Shown in pieces: positions 8,761 to 17,413 of a DNA stretch of 59,690 nucleotides; the first letter of the stretch is position 1; every line of letters starts with the position of its first letter. Below the pieces are notes generated by a model. It did no database searches and was not told the DNA's origin. It saw only the letters and a list, made by a program, of their open reading frames with translations. The position numbers and the translations under genes were made by a program. Origin of the DNA: Candidatus Sulfotelmatobacter sp. (lineage in GTDB: Bacteria; Patescibacteriota; Microgenomatia; Levybacterales; UBA12049); contig DATMOG010000096.1 in assembly GCA_035568375.1 (NCBI GenBank), forward strand, positions 1 through 59,690, read 5' to 3'.

Positions 8761-9405
8761 ATGGCAGATAATAAACGTACACAAATTATTGACAAAAACC
8801 CAAACAAAATTCCTAACAATATAGTTATCACATGGGGAAATAACAAAGTTAGCTTAGGAAAATTTAGATTTGCTAAAAACGGTTCTTTCTATTTTTCTAC
8901 TCCACAATTTGATAAAACCTCAATGGAAATTGGTAGTGCATTGAAAGTAAAAGATACATTTCAAATAAAATCTAAAGAAGCGACATATCAAACAACAAAA
9001 GGAGTTCATTTATCTCTTCATCCACCGGACGATAAACATGAAAAAGGAATCTTACAGTTGACAGGAGCTGATTCTGCCAAACCAGTAGGAAAGGTTGTCC
9101 TTGATTGGTTTCCTGTTAAGGGTCCCTTTAAATTGTTCCATTTCTTTACATTACCGCTTGATTTAGCTCCAGTGGTGAATTCAAAAGCAATATTTACAAC
9201 CCCTATACCTGAGAAGTATAAAGATTCTTTAGAAATTATCGTAGATATTTTACCGATTGAAAATGGATTAATGTCTGTTCCAATGTATGACAATGATATT
9301 TGGAATTTTACTGGATTTTCTGCATTTGGTTATGCAGTTTCTACCCGCTTAGTTTTTGCAAATCAGAGGCTAGTACCACAAATATATTACATCAATGAGT
9401 TTTAA
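8761..9405 (+). CDS. hypothetical protein (214 aa)
   Basis: 15-nt gap after the upstream gene. Beta-rich orphan and last gene of the four-gene unit. Confidence 0.55.
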   Translation: MADNKRTQIIDKNPNKIPNNIVITWGNNKVSLGKFRFAKNGSFYFSTPQFDKTSMEIGSALKVKDTFQIKSKEATYQTTKGVHLSLHPPDDKHEKGILQLTGADSAKPVGKVVLDWFPVKGPFKLFHFFTLPLDLAPVVNSKAIFTTPIPEKYKDSLEIIVDILPIENGLMSVPMYDNDIWNFTGFSAFGYAVSTRLVFANQRLVPQIYYINEF

Positions 9406-9447
9406 TATATATTTAAACTGTGATTTGCAGGTATGCGAAATTGTTTT

Positions 9448-9548
9448 GTTAAAAATTTTACATGGTCCAGGAGCGCAGGTTCAAAATTTAGTTTCAAAAA
9501 ACTATATCAAACCAATCAACCCCAGACTAAATTCGAACCTGTTATAAT
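9448..9548 (+). repeat. intergenic module copy A
   Basis: GTTAAAAATTTTACATGGTCCAGGAGCGCAGG .. TTTAGTTTCAAAA .. CCCCAGACTAAATTCGAACCTGTTATAAT. Left and right arms are both present and it ends in an extended -10. Confidence 0.6.
9540..9548 (+). promoter_or_regulatory. extended -10 TGTTATAAT, 6 nt upstream of ATG 9555
   Basis: Terminal part of module copy A. Confidence 0.6.
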
Positions 9549-9554
9549 AACAAC

Positions 9555-10538
9555 ATGACGTTCCAAGATATTCCTCTTCTTTTTGAGATTCTCACGTCAG
9601 AGAATCTTACGCCTGTTTCATCTCATCCTGAGGGAGATCGCATTGTTTGCGAAGATGCTTCAGGTAATAAATTTTTTATGAAAGATTGTAGAGGTATTGA
9701 AGAGAAAATGTTCAATCAAGTCTTTCCTGCAATAAGAAGTCAAAATCTAAATTTTACTATTCTTGAATTGCCAGATTTTAAAAATGTTGTATCGCGAACA
9801 ATTCAACCGGGGCAACAGAGAGATTTTATTTTTGTAAATTATTATGATGGCACTACATTCAATGAGAGCTGGAACGAGACACATCCTCATGGATATGGCG
9901 GAAGAGCACTTGATATATCTTTCGCTGAAAAAGTCCTTAAAATAGTACAAGATTTTTCACTGATTAATCTTACGACTTTGGCACCTTTTAATCTTCCTAC
10001 ATTTGATTTTAGTGTTTGGAAGAACGATATTTTCCCATTATTATCTGCCAACCTCATTCAAAATGGCTCTTTAACACAAGATCATATAAATAAGGCTGAT
10101 ACAATTCTTTCGTCAGCAAATATTTTTCAACATTCTCAGACGATACTAACGAATGGAGATTTTTACCCCAGAAATTTTATCGAGCTTTCCTCAGGTAAAA
10201 TTGTTGTGATTGACTGGGAGGGCAGAGGAAGAGAACATATAAGATTAAATGGAGGTACGCATGCCTTTGCGAGTCAAAGAAATGCTTTTTTAAATTATAT
10301 TGAGAACCATGCTGCGTTTTTCTTTGTTCATATGTGGGGTAACCATGCAGTACAAAAAAAATTTATGACAGACATTACTCAAGCTTTTAATTTAACAGCT
10401 GATGATATCCAAGCTGCTATACTTATTAAATCTTTAGAACAAGGTGCAGCATTTGGAGGGGGTTTTCTCTCTCATAGGGAAGCAGAAATTTTTGTACATG
10501 CTCTTGAGCTAGATTATATAAATGATTTTATACAGTGA
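9555..10538 (+). CDS. phosphotransferase (APH/choline-kinase-like) family protein
   Basis: NGDFYPRNFI and VVIDWEG correspond to the catalytic loop (HGDxxxxN, with His replaced by Asn) and the metal-binding Asp segment of APH-type kinases. Confidence 0.6.
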   Translation: MTFQDIPLLFEILTSENLTPVSSHPEGDRIVCEDASGNKFFMKDCRGIEEKMFNQVFPAIRSQNLNFTILELPDFKNVVSRTIQPGQQRDFIFVNYYDGTTFNESWNETHPHGYGGRALDISFAEKVLKIVQDFSLINLTTLAPFNLPTFDFSVWKNDIFPLLSANLIQNGSLTQDHINKADTILSSANIFQHSQTILTNGDFYPRNFIELSSGKIVVIDWEGRGREHIRLNGGTHAFASQRNAFLNYIENHAAFFFVHMWGNHAVQKKFMTDITQAFNLTADDIQAAILIKSLEQGAAFGGGFLSHREAEIFVHALELDYINDFIQ

Positions 10539-10600
10539 TACGGGGGCTTTTTTAATACATCATGTATGTTTGCAATAATTGACTAGACTTCTGCATAACT

Positions 10601-10724
10601 AGCTCAGGATATTTAATTCTGTTATACCACTCAACCGTTCGGAAATCGTCAACTATTGCCAGCTTAATTTTTTAGCTTCAAAGAGTCAAAAAAGGCATTC
10701 ACTGTTTCGAACTTCTGGTATAAT
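10601..10724 (+). repeat. intergenic module copy B
   Basis: AGCTCAGGATATTTAATTC..GTTCGGAAATCGTCAACTATTGCCAGC..TTTTAGCTTCAAA..TTTCGAACTTCTGGTATAAT. 55/63 identical to copy C over 10601-10663. Confidence 0.8.
10716..10724 (+). promoter_or_regulatory. extended -10 TGGTATAAT, 6 nt upstream of ATG 10731
   Basis: Terminal part of module copy B. Confidence 0.6.
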
Positions 10725-10730
10725 TACTTA

Positions 10731-12107
10731 ATGAATTTGACCTCCTTAAACCCATCAAAAAACTTTGAAACCATAGGCGAAGTGGAAATATCTACAGAAA
10801 AAGAAATCACAGAATCGGTTGAACAAGCAAAAAAAGCATTTCTTCATTGGTCTACTATTACGATTAAAGAGCGGTCTGATGCAATTCAGTCCTTTGTAAA
10901 TATCGCAAAGATAAAAACTGAAGATATTGCTCAACTTATTGCAAAAGAAACAGGCCGCCCAATAAAAAGTGCGAGAGCGAACGTTACAGAGGGAATACGA
11001 TATTTTGAAGAGTATATAAGTATCGCTGATAAATATCTTTCACCTAAAGTTACTATTGAAACAGATAAAGAGCTTCACAAAGTATATCGTGAACCGTGGG
11101 GTGTTATTGCTTGTATTTGTCCATGGAATTATCCATTTCTCAATGTCGCATGGCAATGCGGACAAGCACTTATTGCGGGCAATACCATTGTTTATAAAAA
11201 TTCAGAAGAGAATCCTCTCTTCGCAAAACTGCTTTCTGAACTTATTGAAAAATCTGACATTCCAAATGGTGTATTTAATGTTATTTATGGTGACGGAAAA
11301 ACTGGAGATTTTTTGGTACACCAAGATATCAATATGATTTCATTTACGGGAAGTACAAAAGTGGGACAACATTTATCAAAAATTGCAGCTGAAAAATTTA
11401 TTCCAATCGTTACCGAATTAGGAGGATCTGCTCCTGGCATTGTTTTTGAAGATGTAGATATTGATGATAAATTGATTGAATACATTATCGAATTGCGGTT
11501 GACCAATAACGGACAAGCATGTGATGCAATCAAACGACTGATTGTTCATGAAAGTAAGTTTAAAGAGGTTGTCAAAAAAGTTTGTGATGTGATGAAAAAG
11601 AAAAAAATTGGTGATGCTCTTAGTGAAGATACAGATGTCGGACCACTTATAGCAAAAAGACAAATTGATTTACTTGAAGCACAAGTAAATGATGCAATTA
11701 AAAAGGGTGCAAAAGTAGAGATTGGTGCGAACACGCCAAAAGACCTGAAAGGAGCATATTATTCACCAACTGTTTTAACAAACATTAATCCGACTATGCG
11801 AGTCTGGCATGAAGAAACATTTGGTCCAGTTTTGCCAATTATTCCATTCAAAGATGAAGATCAATCAATTAGACAAGCAAACCATACTGAGTATGGTCTG
11901 AGTGCGCATGTGTTTACTAACGATAAAAAACGTTTTAAGAGAGTGGCTCGTCAATTACAAGCTGGCAGTGTTGCCCAAAATTTTACGGAGTATTGGAACT
12001 TCAATAATCCTTTTGGTGGATATAAAAAATCCGGTATGGGAAGAATACATGGTGAATACGGTTTTGACGATTTCACTCAAGTAAAACTAGTAGCTGAAGA
12101 AAAGTAA
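10731..12107 (+). CDS. NAD(P)-dependent aldehyde dehydrogenase
   Basis: 458 aa. ELGGSAP (catalytic Glu), NNGQACDA (catalytic Cys), FTGST and EETFGP are present. Confidence 0.9.
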   Translation: MNLTSLNPSKNFETIGEVEISTEKEITESVEQAKKAFLHWSTITIKERSDAIQSFVNIAKIKTEDIAQLIAKETGRPIKSARANVTEGIRYFEEYISIADKYLSPKVTIETDKELHKVYREPWGVIACICPWNYPFLNVAWQCGQALIAGNTIVYKNSEENPLFAKLLSELIEKSDIPNGVFNVIYGDGKTGDFLVHQDINMISFTGSTKVGQHLSKIAAEKFIPIVTELGGSAPGIVFEDVDIDDKLIEYIIELRLTNNGQACDAIKRLIVHESKFKEVVKKVCDVMKKKKIGDALSEDTDVGPLIAKRQIDLLEAQVNDAIKKGAKVEIGANTPKDLKGAYYSPTVLTNINPTMRVWHEETFGPVLPIIPFKDEDQSIRQANHTEYGLSAHVFTNDKKRFKRVARQLQAGSVAQNFTEYWNFNNPFGGYKKSGMGRIHGEYGFDDFTQVKLVAEEK

Positions 12108-12150
12108 TTTTTAGTAAGGGTTAAGAAATTGCATCGATTTTTGATAGACA

Positions 12151-12273
12151 AGCTCCGGATATTTAATTCGCTGATACCAATCCAAAGTTCGGAAATCGTC
12201 AACTATTGCCAGCAAATCAAATTTAGCCACAATTTAGCATTATATTGACATCTTTCTAGCTTCTTGGGATAGT
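12151..12273 (+). repeat. intergenic module copy C
   Basis: AGCTCCGGATATTTAATTC..GTTCGGAAATCGTCAACTATTGCCAGC..ATTTAGCCACAATTTAGC.. with a degenerate right arm ending in TGGGATAGT. Confidence 0.8.
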
Positions 12274-12279
12274 TGAGAT

Positions 12280-12993
12280 ATGACAAAGAAAAAGAAAACA
12301 TTTTCGACTTGGCTACGACAGGAAATTAATACTAAGCTCTCTTATGCCTTTATATTTTTACTTTTTTTGTTTTGTGTTTTAATAGCATACACATATTCTA
12401 TCCCATCGGTAGGTATCCCAATAGAATCTCAAATTCAAACTAACTTTCAAAATTTTATACAAAGTCTTACCCATGCGCCAAAAGAAATAAAACCAATTCA
12501 TATCAAAGTAGTAGGGACACCACTACCTAATCCCACCCAGATAGCATTAATAAGAAGTCGTGGACATATTGGATATCCAGAAATACCGGCATCTCAATCA
12601 CCTTATGAACAACTTCCAAATCAAAATTTTGATTTACTACGAATTTATCAAACGAGACAGTCAAATGAAAATACTGCAATTCTTACTAAAATAATTACTA
12701 ATCCTGTGGAAATAACAGAAATTTATGACGATATTAAAAGTTTGCCGCTTTGGCCACAAGGAGGAGGAACTATGAATTGTCCAATGGATCCGGTAAATCC
12801 ATTTGTATACATACTTAATTTTTATTCAAATGATATACTTAATGTTCATGCATTACTTCATATAGGAGGCTGTTCAAGTGTAAGTTTCACTAATTACTCA
12901 GCAAGAATGGCTTTGGGTACACAAGGAAAAAAATTGGATAATGACCTGCAACAAATTTTGAATTTATCAAAACAAGCGTTTTATGGATACTAG
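12280..12993 (+). CDS. membrane-anchored hypothetical protein
   Basis: N-terminal TM helix LSYAFIFLLFLFCVLIAY, then a Pro/Gln-rich linker and a Cys-containing domain. Orphan. Confidence 0.55.
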   Translation: MTKKKKTFSTWLRQEINTKLSYAFIFLLFLFCVLIAYTYSIPSVGIPIESQIQTNFQNFIQSLTHAPKEIKPIHIKVVGTPLPNPTQIALIRSRGHIGYPEIPASQSPYEQLPNQNFDLLRIYQTRQSNENTAILTKIITNPVEITEIYDDIKSLPLWPQGGGTMNCPMDPVNPFVYILNFYSNDILNVHALLHIGGCSSVSFTNYSARMALGTQGKKLDNDLQQILNLSKQAFYGY

Positions 12994-13046
12994 CGTTTTC
13001 TATTTATCTTAGGCACAAATGTTCATAAAAAGCCATTATTTTGTGC

Positions 13047-13168
13047 GTAAAAAGTTCCAAGATCGTCAAGGCTTGCCAGCTTTGATTTTTGCCACATTTT
13101 AGCCTCAGAAATTTCTCAAAAATGCCTTGACCAATCCTGGATTCGAACTGGTAATCTCATGATATAAT
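13047..13168 (+). repeat. intergenic module copy D (fullest copy)
   Basis: GTAAAAAGTTCCAAGATCGTCAAGGCTTGCCAGCT..TTTGCCACATTTTAGCCTCAGAAATT..GCCTTGACCAATCCTGGATTCGAACTGGTAAT..TGATATAAT. Confidence 0.85.
13160..13168 (+). promoter_or_regulatory. extended -10 TGATATAAT, 8 nt upstream of ATG 13177
   Basis: Terminal part of module copy D. Confidence 0.55.
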
Positions 13169-13176
13169 AAACACAG

Positions 13177-13527
13177 ATGACAGTTATTGATGAATATCTC
13201 CAAAAAATAGAAGCGTCAAAAAGGATACAATTAGAAAGAATTAGAAAAATTGCAAAACAAATTGTTCCAGATGCGCAAGAAGTAATTTCATATGGCATGC
13301 CAACACTACAGTTTAGAGGAAAATCTTTCTTAGGTTTTAATGTGCATACTAATCACATTGGTGTATATCCATATGGAGGAGAAGAAATTAGAGTATTCAA
13401 GGATAAGCTCATGAAACTTGGATACGGATTTTCTTCTGGAGCTATTAGAGTCCCATTTGATAAAGAAATTCCTGAATATCTTCTTAAAGAAATTATTCAA
13501 CTTAGAATTAAGAGATTATCAGAGTAA
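13177..13527 (+). CDS. DUF1801 (YdhG-like) domain protein
   Basis: IDEYL..IRKIAKQIVPDAQEVISYGMPTLQFRGKSFLGF is the YdhG/DUF1801 pattern. Confidence 0.75.
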   Translation: MTVIDEYLQKIEASKRIQLERIRKIAKQIVPDAQEVISYGMPTLQFRGKSFLGFNVHTNHIGVYPYGGEEIRVFKDKLMKLGYGFSSGAIRVPFDKEIPEYLLKEIIQLRIKRLSE

Positions 13528-13612
13528 AAAGTTCCTACATAGTCCAGAATTGCCAGCTGCGTTTTTAGCCTCAAATTCTTACAAATACTACCCTTGATTT
13601 GCACTAAATCCA
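13524..13612 (+). repeat. intergenic module copy E
   Basis: GTAAAAAGTTCCTACATAGTCCAGAATTGCCAGCTGCGTTTTTAGCCTCAAATTC..CCCTTGATTTGCACTAAATCC. The TAA stop of the DUF1801 gene lies inside the first bases. Confidence 0.8.
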
Positions 13613-13678
13613 TTTTATATAAAAAAGTATATTTCTATTTTGTGTATAATCCAACAGGGTCAAAATTTTTGAAGGAAG

Positions 13679-14296
13679 CTACGTAACGGTGATTAATACA
13701 GATTTGTGTATATCTTCCGAGGTAGTAAGCTCTTTAATCATAAAGTCAGCAACGTCGGCTCTTGCAATACCGTTAGACATGGAAACGGTTTCATTATCTC
13801 CAACAAGGCGTACTTTACCCCCTGGTTTTATCTTATCCAGCATTGTCGCATAGACAATGGTCCAATCAAGGTTTGAGGATTTGAGTAAGTTTTCACCTGA
13901 TTGTTTATCTAAAATCATACCCTTCATAACTCCCCCAACAAGCTTACCCAAAAAGTTAGGTTTATAATTTGGTCTAACGAGAAAAGACGAAAGCATAATA
14001 ACTCTCTTAACACCACTTTGCGTAGCGGCTGCTATTAAAGCTTGTGTTGTCTTTAGGATGACGTCATCATTAATTTTTACGCTGCCTAGTGTACTTAACA
14101 CTGCATCCTGTCCCTTTATTGCTTTTTGCAGATCTACTTTATTGCGAGCGTCTCCAACGATAACATGAACTTTTTTGGAAGCATGCAGTTTTTTAGGAGA
14201 TCTTACAAAAGCTGTTACTTGATGGCCTTGTGCTAATGTTTTTTCTATTACGTGTTGACCTGTTTTGCCAGTAGCACCTAGTACTAATATTTTCAT
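13679..14296 (-). CDS. NAD(P)H-binding NmrA/atypical-SDR family protein
   Basis: MKILVLGATGKTGQHV Rossmann motif. The track start 14317 was trimmed to ATG 14296 because a TGATAGAAT -10 box (14308-14316) lies inside the extension. Confidence 0.8.
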   Translation of the reverse strand: MKILVLGATGKTGQHVIEKTLAQGHQVTAFVRSPKKLHASKKVHVIVGDARNKVDLQKAIKGQDAVLSTLGSVKINDDVILKTTQALIAAATQSGVKRVIMLSSFLVRPNYKPNFLGKLVGGVMKGMILDKQSGENLLKSSNLDWTIVYATMLDKIKPGGKVRLVGDNETVSMSNGIARADVADFMIKELTTSEDIHKSVLITVT

Positions 14297-14320
14297 AGTG
14301 TGAAATAATTCTATCATAAA

Positions 14321-14368
14321 TAAAAAGTTCCGACATAGTCTACTAGTGTCAGCTGATGCTTTTTAGAA
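14321..14368 (+). repeat. intergenic module copy F (left arm only)
   Basis: TAAAAAGTTCCGACATAGTCTACTAGTGTCAGCTGATGCTTTTTAGAAG. Confidence 0.65.
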
Positions 14369-14488
14369 GTTTTTGTATTTACTTGTCGTGAGTATACTTC
14401 AATTTCTTCTCTACCTTTATCATTTATTGGTTTAAACTCATCATAGAACTAGGTTTCTCTTTGAGGCACTAAGACTGCTTTTCTATAT

Positions 14489-15640
14489 TTATTTCTCAGG
14501 TGTATTAGGTTGTGTCTGACCTTCTTTTTCAAGCCTCTTCGCGATTGTTTTAAAAATTTTATCAATGCCTTTTTGTTTGTTTACCGATATAAAAATTGGT
14601 GAGTATTGCGCATATTTTGTTCTGAGATCTTCTTCATCAAAATTTGATGCTATGTCAATTTTATTGAAGACATAGATCATATGGGCGTCAAGATGAATAC
14701 CAAGTTCATGGAGAATGTTATTAACTACATGTATTTTCTCCGCAATTTCAGAATCAGAAACATCGATTACGTGTAACAATATGTCTGCATGGACAGATTC
14801 CATAAGTGTTGATTTAAATGCCTGAATTAAGCGCGGTGGCAAATTTCGGATAAATCCGATCGTGTCAGTGAGTAAAATTTCTTTTTCAATTTGTGGGATA
14901 TATATTTTGCTGACGTTACTATCAAGGGTTACAAACAATGCGTTTTCGACGAGGACATTTTCGTTAGATAAAAGATTAAAGAGCGAGCTTTTGCCTGCAT
15001 TTGTGTACCCGACGATTGAGACTGTTTTAAATCCTGCTCGTTTTCGCTGGTCAAGTTGTGCATTATGAGCTTCGCTAATTTTATCAAGCTGATCAGTAAC
15101 TTTTTTTATTTCACCGCGCCAGTGGCGTTTCATAAGCTCAGTATTGGTTTCTCCGACTCCAAGCGTTCCTATTCCTCCACCTTGTCGTGACATAATCGCA
15201 CCCATACCATAAATTCTCGGTCCCATGTATCGCATTCGAGCAAGTTCTATTTGGAGTTTTGCTTCAGTCGTTTTTGCATGTTTATCAAAGATTTGCAGGA
15301 TTAAATCCATTCGATCCCAAACTTCGATTCGGGGATTTGCTTGTTGAAATCGTGTCTTAAGCGTATGGACTTGTCGAGGTTTAGCCATGGTATTCAACAC
15401 GACAACATCAATTGATAATTTTTTAATTTTTTCTAATACTTCAAGTACTTTTCCTTTCCCAATATATGTTGCTAGATCGGGATGTTCAAGATGTTGAATA
15501 ATACGGTCTGGGATCTCTCCTCCTAATGTTTTGATAAGTGATTCGAGTTCATCTCCTGTATTTATTGCTCTTTCCTTATTAGCTTGTGGATTAATAACAT
15601 GAATTGGAAGTACCCGAAGTGTCTTTTTTAGTTCAATCAT
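14489..15640 (-). CDS. hflX: GTPase HflX
   Basis: HflX N-domain followed by G1 GYTNAGKSSL, G3 DTIGF and G4 NKID. Confidence 0.9.
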   Translation of the reverse strand: MIELKKTLRVLPIHVINPQANKERAINTGDELESLIKTLGGEIPDRIIQHLEHPDLATYIGKGKVLEVLEKIKKLSIDVVVLNTMAKPRQVHTLKTRFQQANPRIEVWDRMDLILQIFDKHAKTTEAKLQIELARMRYMGPRIYGMGAIMSRQGGGIGTLGVGETNTELMKRHWRGEIKKVTDQLDKISEAHNAQLDQRKRAGFKTVSIVGYTNAGKSSLFNLLSNENVLVENALFVTLDSNVSKIYIPQIEKEILLTDTIGFIRNLPPRLIQAFKSTLMESVHADILLHVIDVSDSEIAEKIHVVNNILHELGIHLDAHMIYVFNKIDIASNFDEEDLRTKYAQYSPIFISVNKQKGIDKIFKTIAKRLEKEGQTQPNTPEK

Positions 15641-15767
15641 GTGAGTTCATTATAGCCTAACTGCATTGATAAAGAAAATAAACTCATTCGCCTATCGACA
15701 ACTGAGCGATCACGCTGCTTGCATATAAAAATGACTTCGATTAGATATTTAAAGATTAAAATCGGCT

Positions 15768-15877
15768 ATAAAAAGTTCCAAGATCGTCAAGGCTCTCCAG
15801 CTAATTTTTTTGCCTCAATTTAGCTTCAAATATTTGCAGAAAGTGGGATGACCAGACTTGGGTTCGAACTGGTAATT
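15768..15877 (+). repeat. intergenic module copy G
   Basis: TATAAAAAGTTCCAAGATCGTCAAGGCTCTCCAGCT..TTTGCCTCAATTTAGCTTCAAATATT..GGGATGACCAGACTTGGGTTCGAACTGGTAAT. Nearly identical to D in both arms. Confidence 0.85.
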
Positions 15878-15917
15878 TTAACAATTATCTTTTTTTGTAT
15901 CTTTCAATAAGTTACTA

Positions 15918-15926
15918 TGTTAAAAT
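15918..15926 (+). promoter_or_regulatory. extended -10 TGTTAAAAT, 7 nt upstream of ATG 15934
   Basis: Lies inside the longer ORF-track call (15895) and so supports the shorter start. Confidence 0.5.
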
Positions 15927-15933
15927 AATTTTA

Positions 15934-16524
15934 ATGAGAAAGATTATTGTTCTTGAATTTGTTACTCTTGATGGTGTTATGCAAGCTCCAGGTGGACCTA
16001 CTGAAGATATAAGTGGTAACTTCAAATTCGGTGGATGGACAGCTCCCTACTTTGATGAAATGTCGGGGAAGGAAATGGAGAAGCAGATGAAAGGAGAATA
16101 CGATCTTCTTCTTGGACACAAAACGTATGATATCTTTGCGGGATATTGGCCAGAGCACACAGAAGGATGGCCTCAAGTAAATAAAATTACAAAATATGTT
16201 GTCTCAAAAACCTTAAAAAAACCTACGTGGGAAAACACTATCGTGGTAAAAGATATCAAAGAGTTAAAAAAGTTAAAGAGCTCAAACGGTCCAGTCCTAC
16301 AGGTGTACGGAAGCAGTAATCTTGTTCAGACATTAATGGAGTATGATTTGGTAGATGAATTTTGGCTTAAAATATTTCCTATTACTCTTGGTATGGGAAA
16401 ACGATTGTTTGATAAAGGTACAATACCTGCTTCCTTCATCCTCGTTGAATCTAAAATTTCCCCAAGTGGTGTAATTTTTGCTTCATACAAACTTGTAGGA
16501 GAAGTCAAAACAGGATCATTATAA
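15934..16524 (+). CDS. dihydrofolate-reductase-like RibD C-terminal domain protein
   Basis: MRKIIVLEFVTLDGVMQAPGGP, LLLGHKTYD and VYGSSNLVQTL. Start moved to ATG 15934, 7 nt after TGTTAAAAT. Confidence 0.8.
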   Translation: MRKIIVLEFVTLDGVMQAPGGPTEDISGNFKFGGWTAPYFDEMSGKEMEKQMKGEYDLLLGHKTYDIFAGYWPEHTEGWPQVNKITKYVVSKTLKKPTWENTIVVKDIKELKKLKSSNGPVLQVYGSSNLVQTLMEYDLVDEFWLKIFPITLGMGKRLFDKGTIPASFILVESKISPSGVIFASYKLVGEVKTGSL

Positions 16525-16562
16525 AGTTACGAGTATTATTTATTAATAAGCAAAATTATTTT

Positions 16563-16607
16563 GTTAAAAATTTCCTACATAGTCCAAAAGAGCCAGCTAT
16601 TTTAGGG
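16563..16607 (+). repeat. intergenic module copy H (left arm)
   Basis: GTTAAAAATTTCCTACATAGTCCAAAAGAGCCAGCTATTTTAGGG. Confidence 0.75.
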
Positions 16608-16686
16608 CATGATGTGCGTATGATTGGGAACTTTTTGCTTACTAACCCTCAGAAAACTTTTCTTACCAAAAAATATGTTGAGCTAA

Positions 16687-17373
16687 TTAATCGGATTTAA
16701 CTTGAAGAATAAGTGGATTAAAGTTAGTATTTTTGTCAAAGTAATCTTCATGTTCTACTTTCTTTAATTTATTAACCGTCCAATAAGTAATTGGAGTCAT
16801 GATTACTTCAATAGCAACTTTCAAGAACCATGCTGATAGAATTGATTGTATTAGAAGTCCAGTGGGAATAACATTATAGAGTGCAATTATATAAAACAAT
16901 GTTGTATCCGTTGCTTGTCCAGCAATGGTTGAGCCAATAGTTCTCGTCCATAAATATTTACCTTTTGTTAATAATTTCATCTTAGCCATTACAAAATCAT
17001 TTATGAATTGTCCTCCAAAAAGAGCGATCCATGCTCCGATGGTGATACGAGGTACTTGAGATAACACAAAAGTATAAGCTTCATTCCCTTTAAATCCTGG
17101 TGCAGGAGGTAATAATGTCGCTAATTCGAAAAATATTGCCATAATAATTGTTGAAAAGATTAATATCCAAGTCGCCCGCCGTGCTTGTTTATATCCATAT
17201 ACTTCCGTGAAAATATCCCCAAATATATAATTGACAGGGATACAAAGTGATGCCGCCGAAAAAGTAAAAATCCCAATCTGAATTATTTTTCCGGATGTGA
17301 CGTTAACAATTGCCATCATTGTTATGTCTAAGAAAATGAAAAGATTCAAGTATTTATGAGTTTTTTTATTCAT
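16687..17373 (-). CDS. yhhQ: queuosine-precursor transporter (YhhQ/VUT, DUF165)
   Basis: Polytopic membrane protein with the GDIFTEVYGYKQARRATW signature. Confidence 0.8.
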   Translation of the reverse strand: MNKKTHKYLNLFIFLDITMMAIVNVTSGKIIQIGIFTFSAASLCIPVNYIFGDIFTEVYGYKQARRATWILIFSTIIMAIFFELATLLPPAPGFKGNEAYTFVLSQVPRITIGAWIALFGGQFINDFVMAKMKLLTKGKYLWTRTIGSTIAGQATDTTLFYIIALYNVIPTGLLIQSILSAWFLKVAIEVIMTPITYWTVNKLKKVEHEDYFDKNTNFNPLILQVKSD

Positions 17374-17413
17374 AGAGAGATTTTAATCGATAGTAGAGTT
17401 TTTAACCAAAATT

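Noticed and set aside
11056-11734. ORF-track entries inside or antisense to the aldehyde dehydrogenase gene (11056-11337, 11285-11533, 11418-11663, 11546-11734, 11902-12084).
   Set aside because: They overlap a strongly supported conserved CDS, have low-complexity composition and carry no motifs. The same reasoning applies to the shadow ORFs within typA (40979-41218, 41370-41756, 41791-41988, 41825-42070) and in the hflX, MFS, histidine kinase, Fic, MazG and GT genes.
12219-12240. TTAGCCACA, TTAACCACA and TTTGCCACA units in the modules as DnaA boxes marking oriC.
   Set aside because: Each matches TTATCCACA at only 8 of 9 positions, always missing position 4. They are spread one or two per module over 12 kb rather than clustered, and no dnaA or dnaN gene is nearby.
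15851-15877. GGGTTCGAAC in the right arm as a tRNA T-arm (tRNA gene or tRNA-derived att site).
   Set aside because: The flanking bases cannot form the 5-bp T-stem, and no acceptor, D or anticodon arms can be drawn in any copy.
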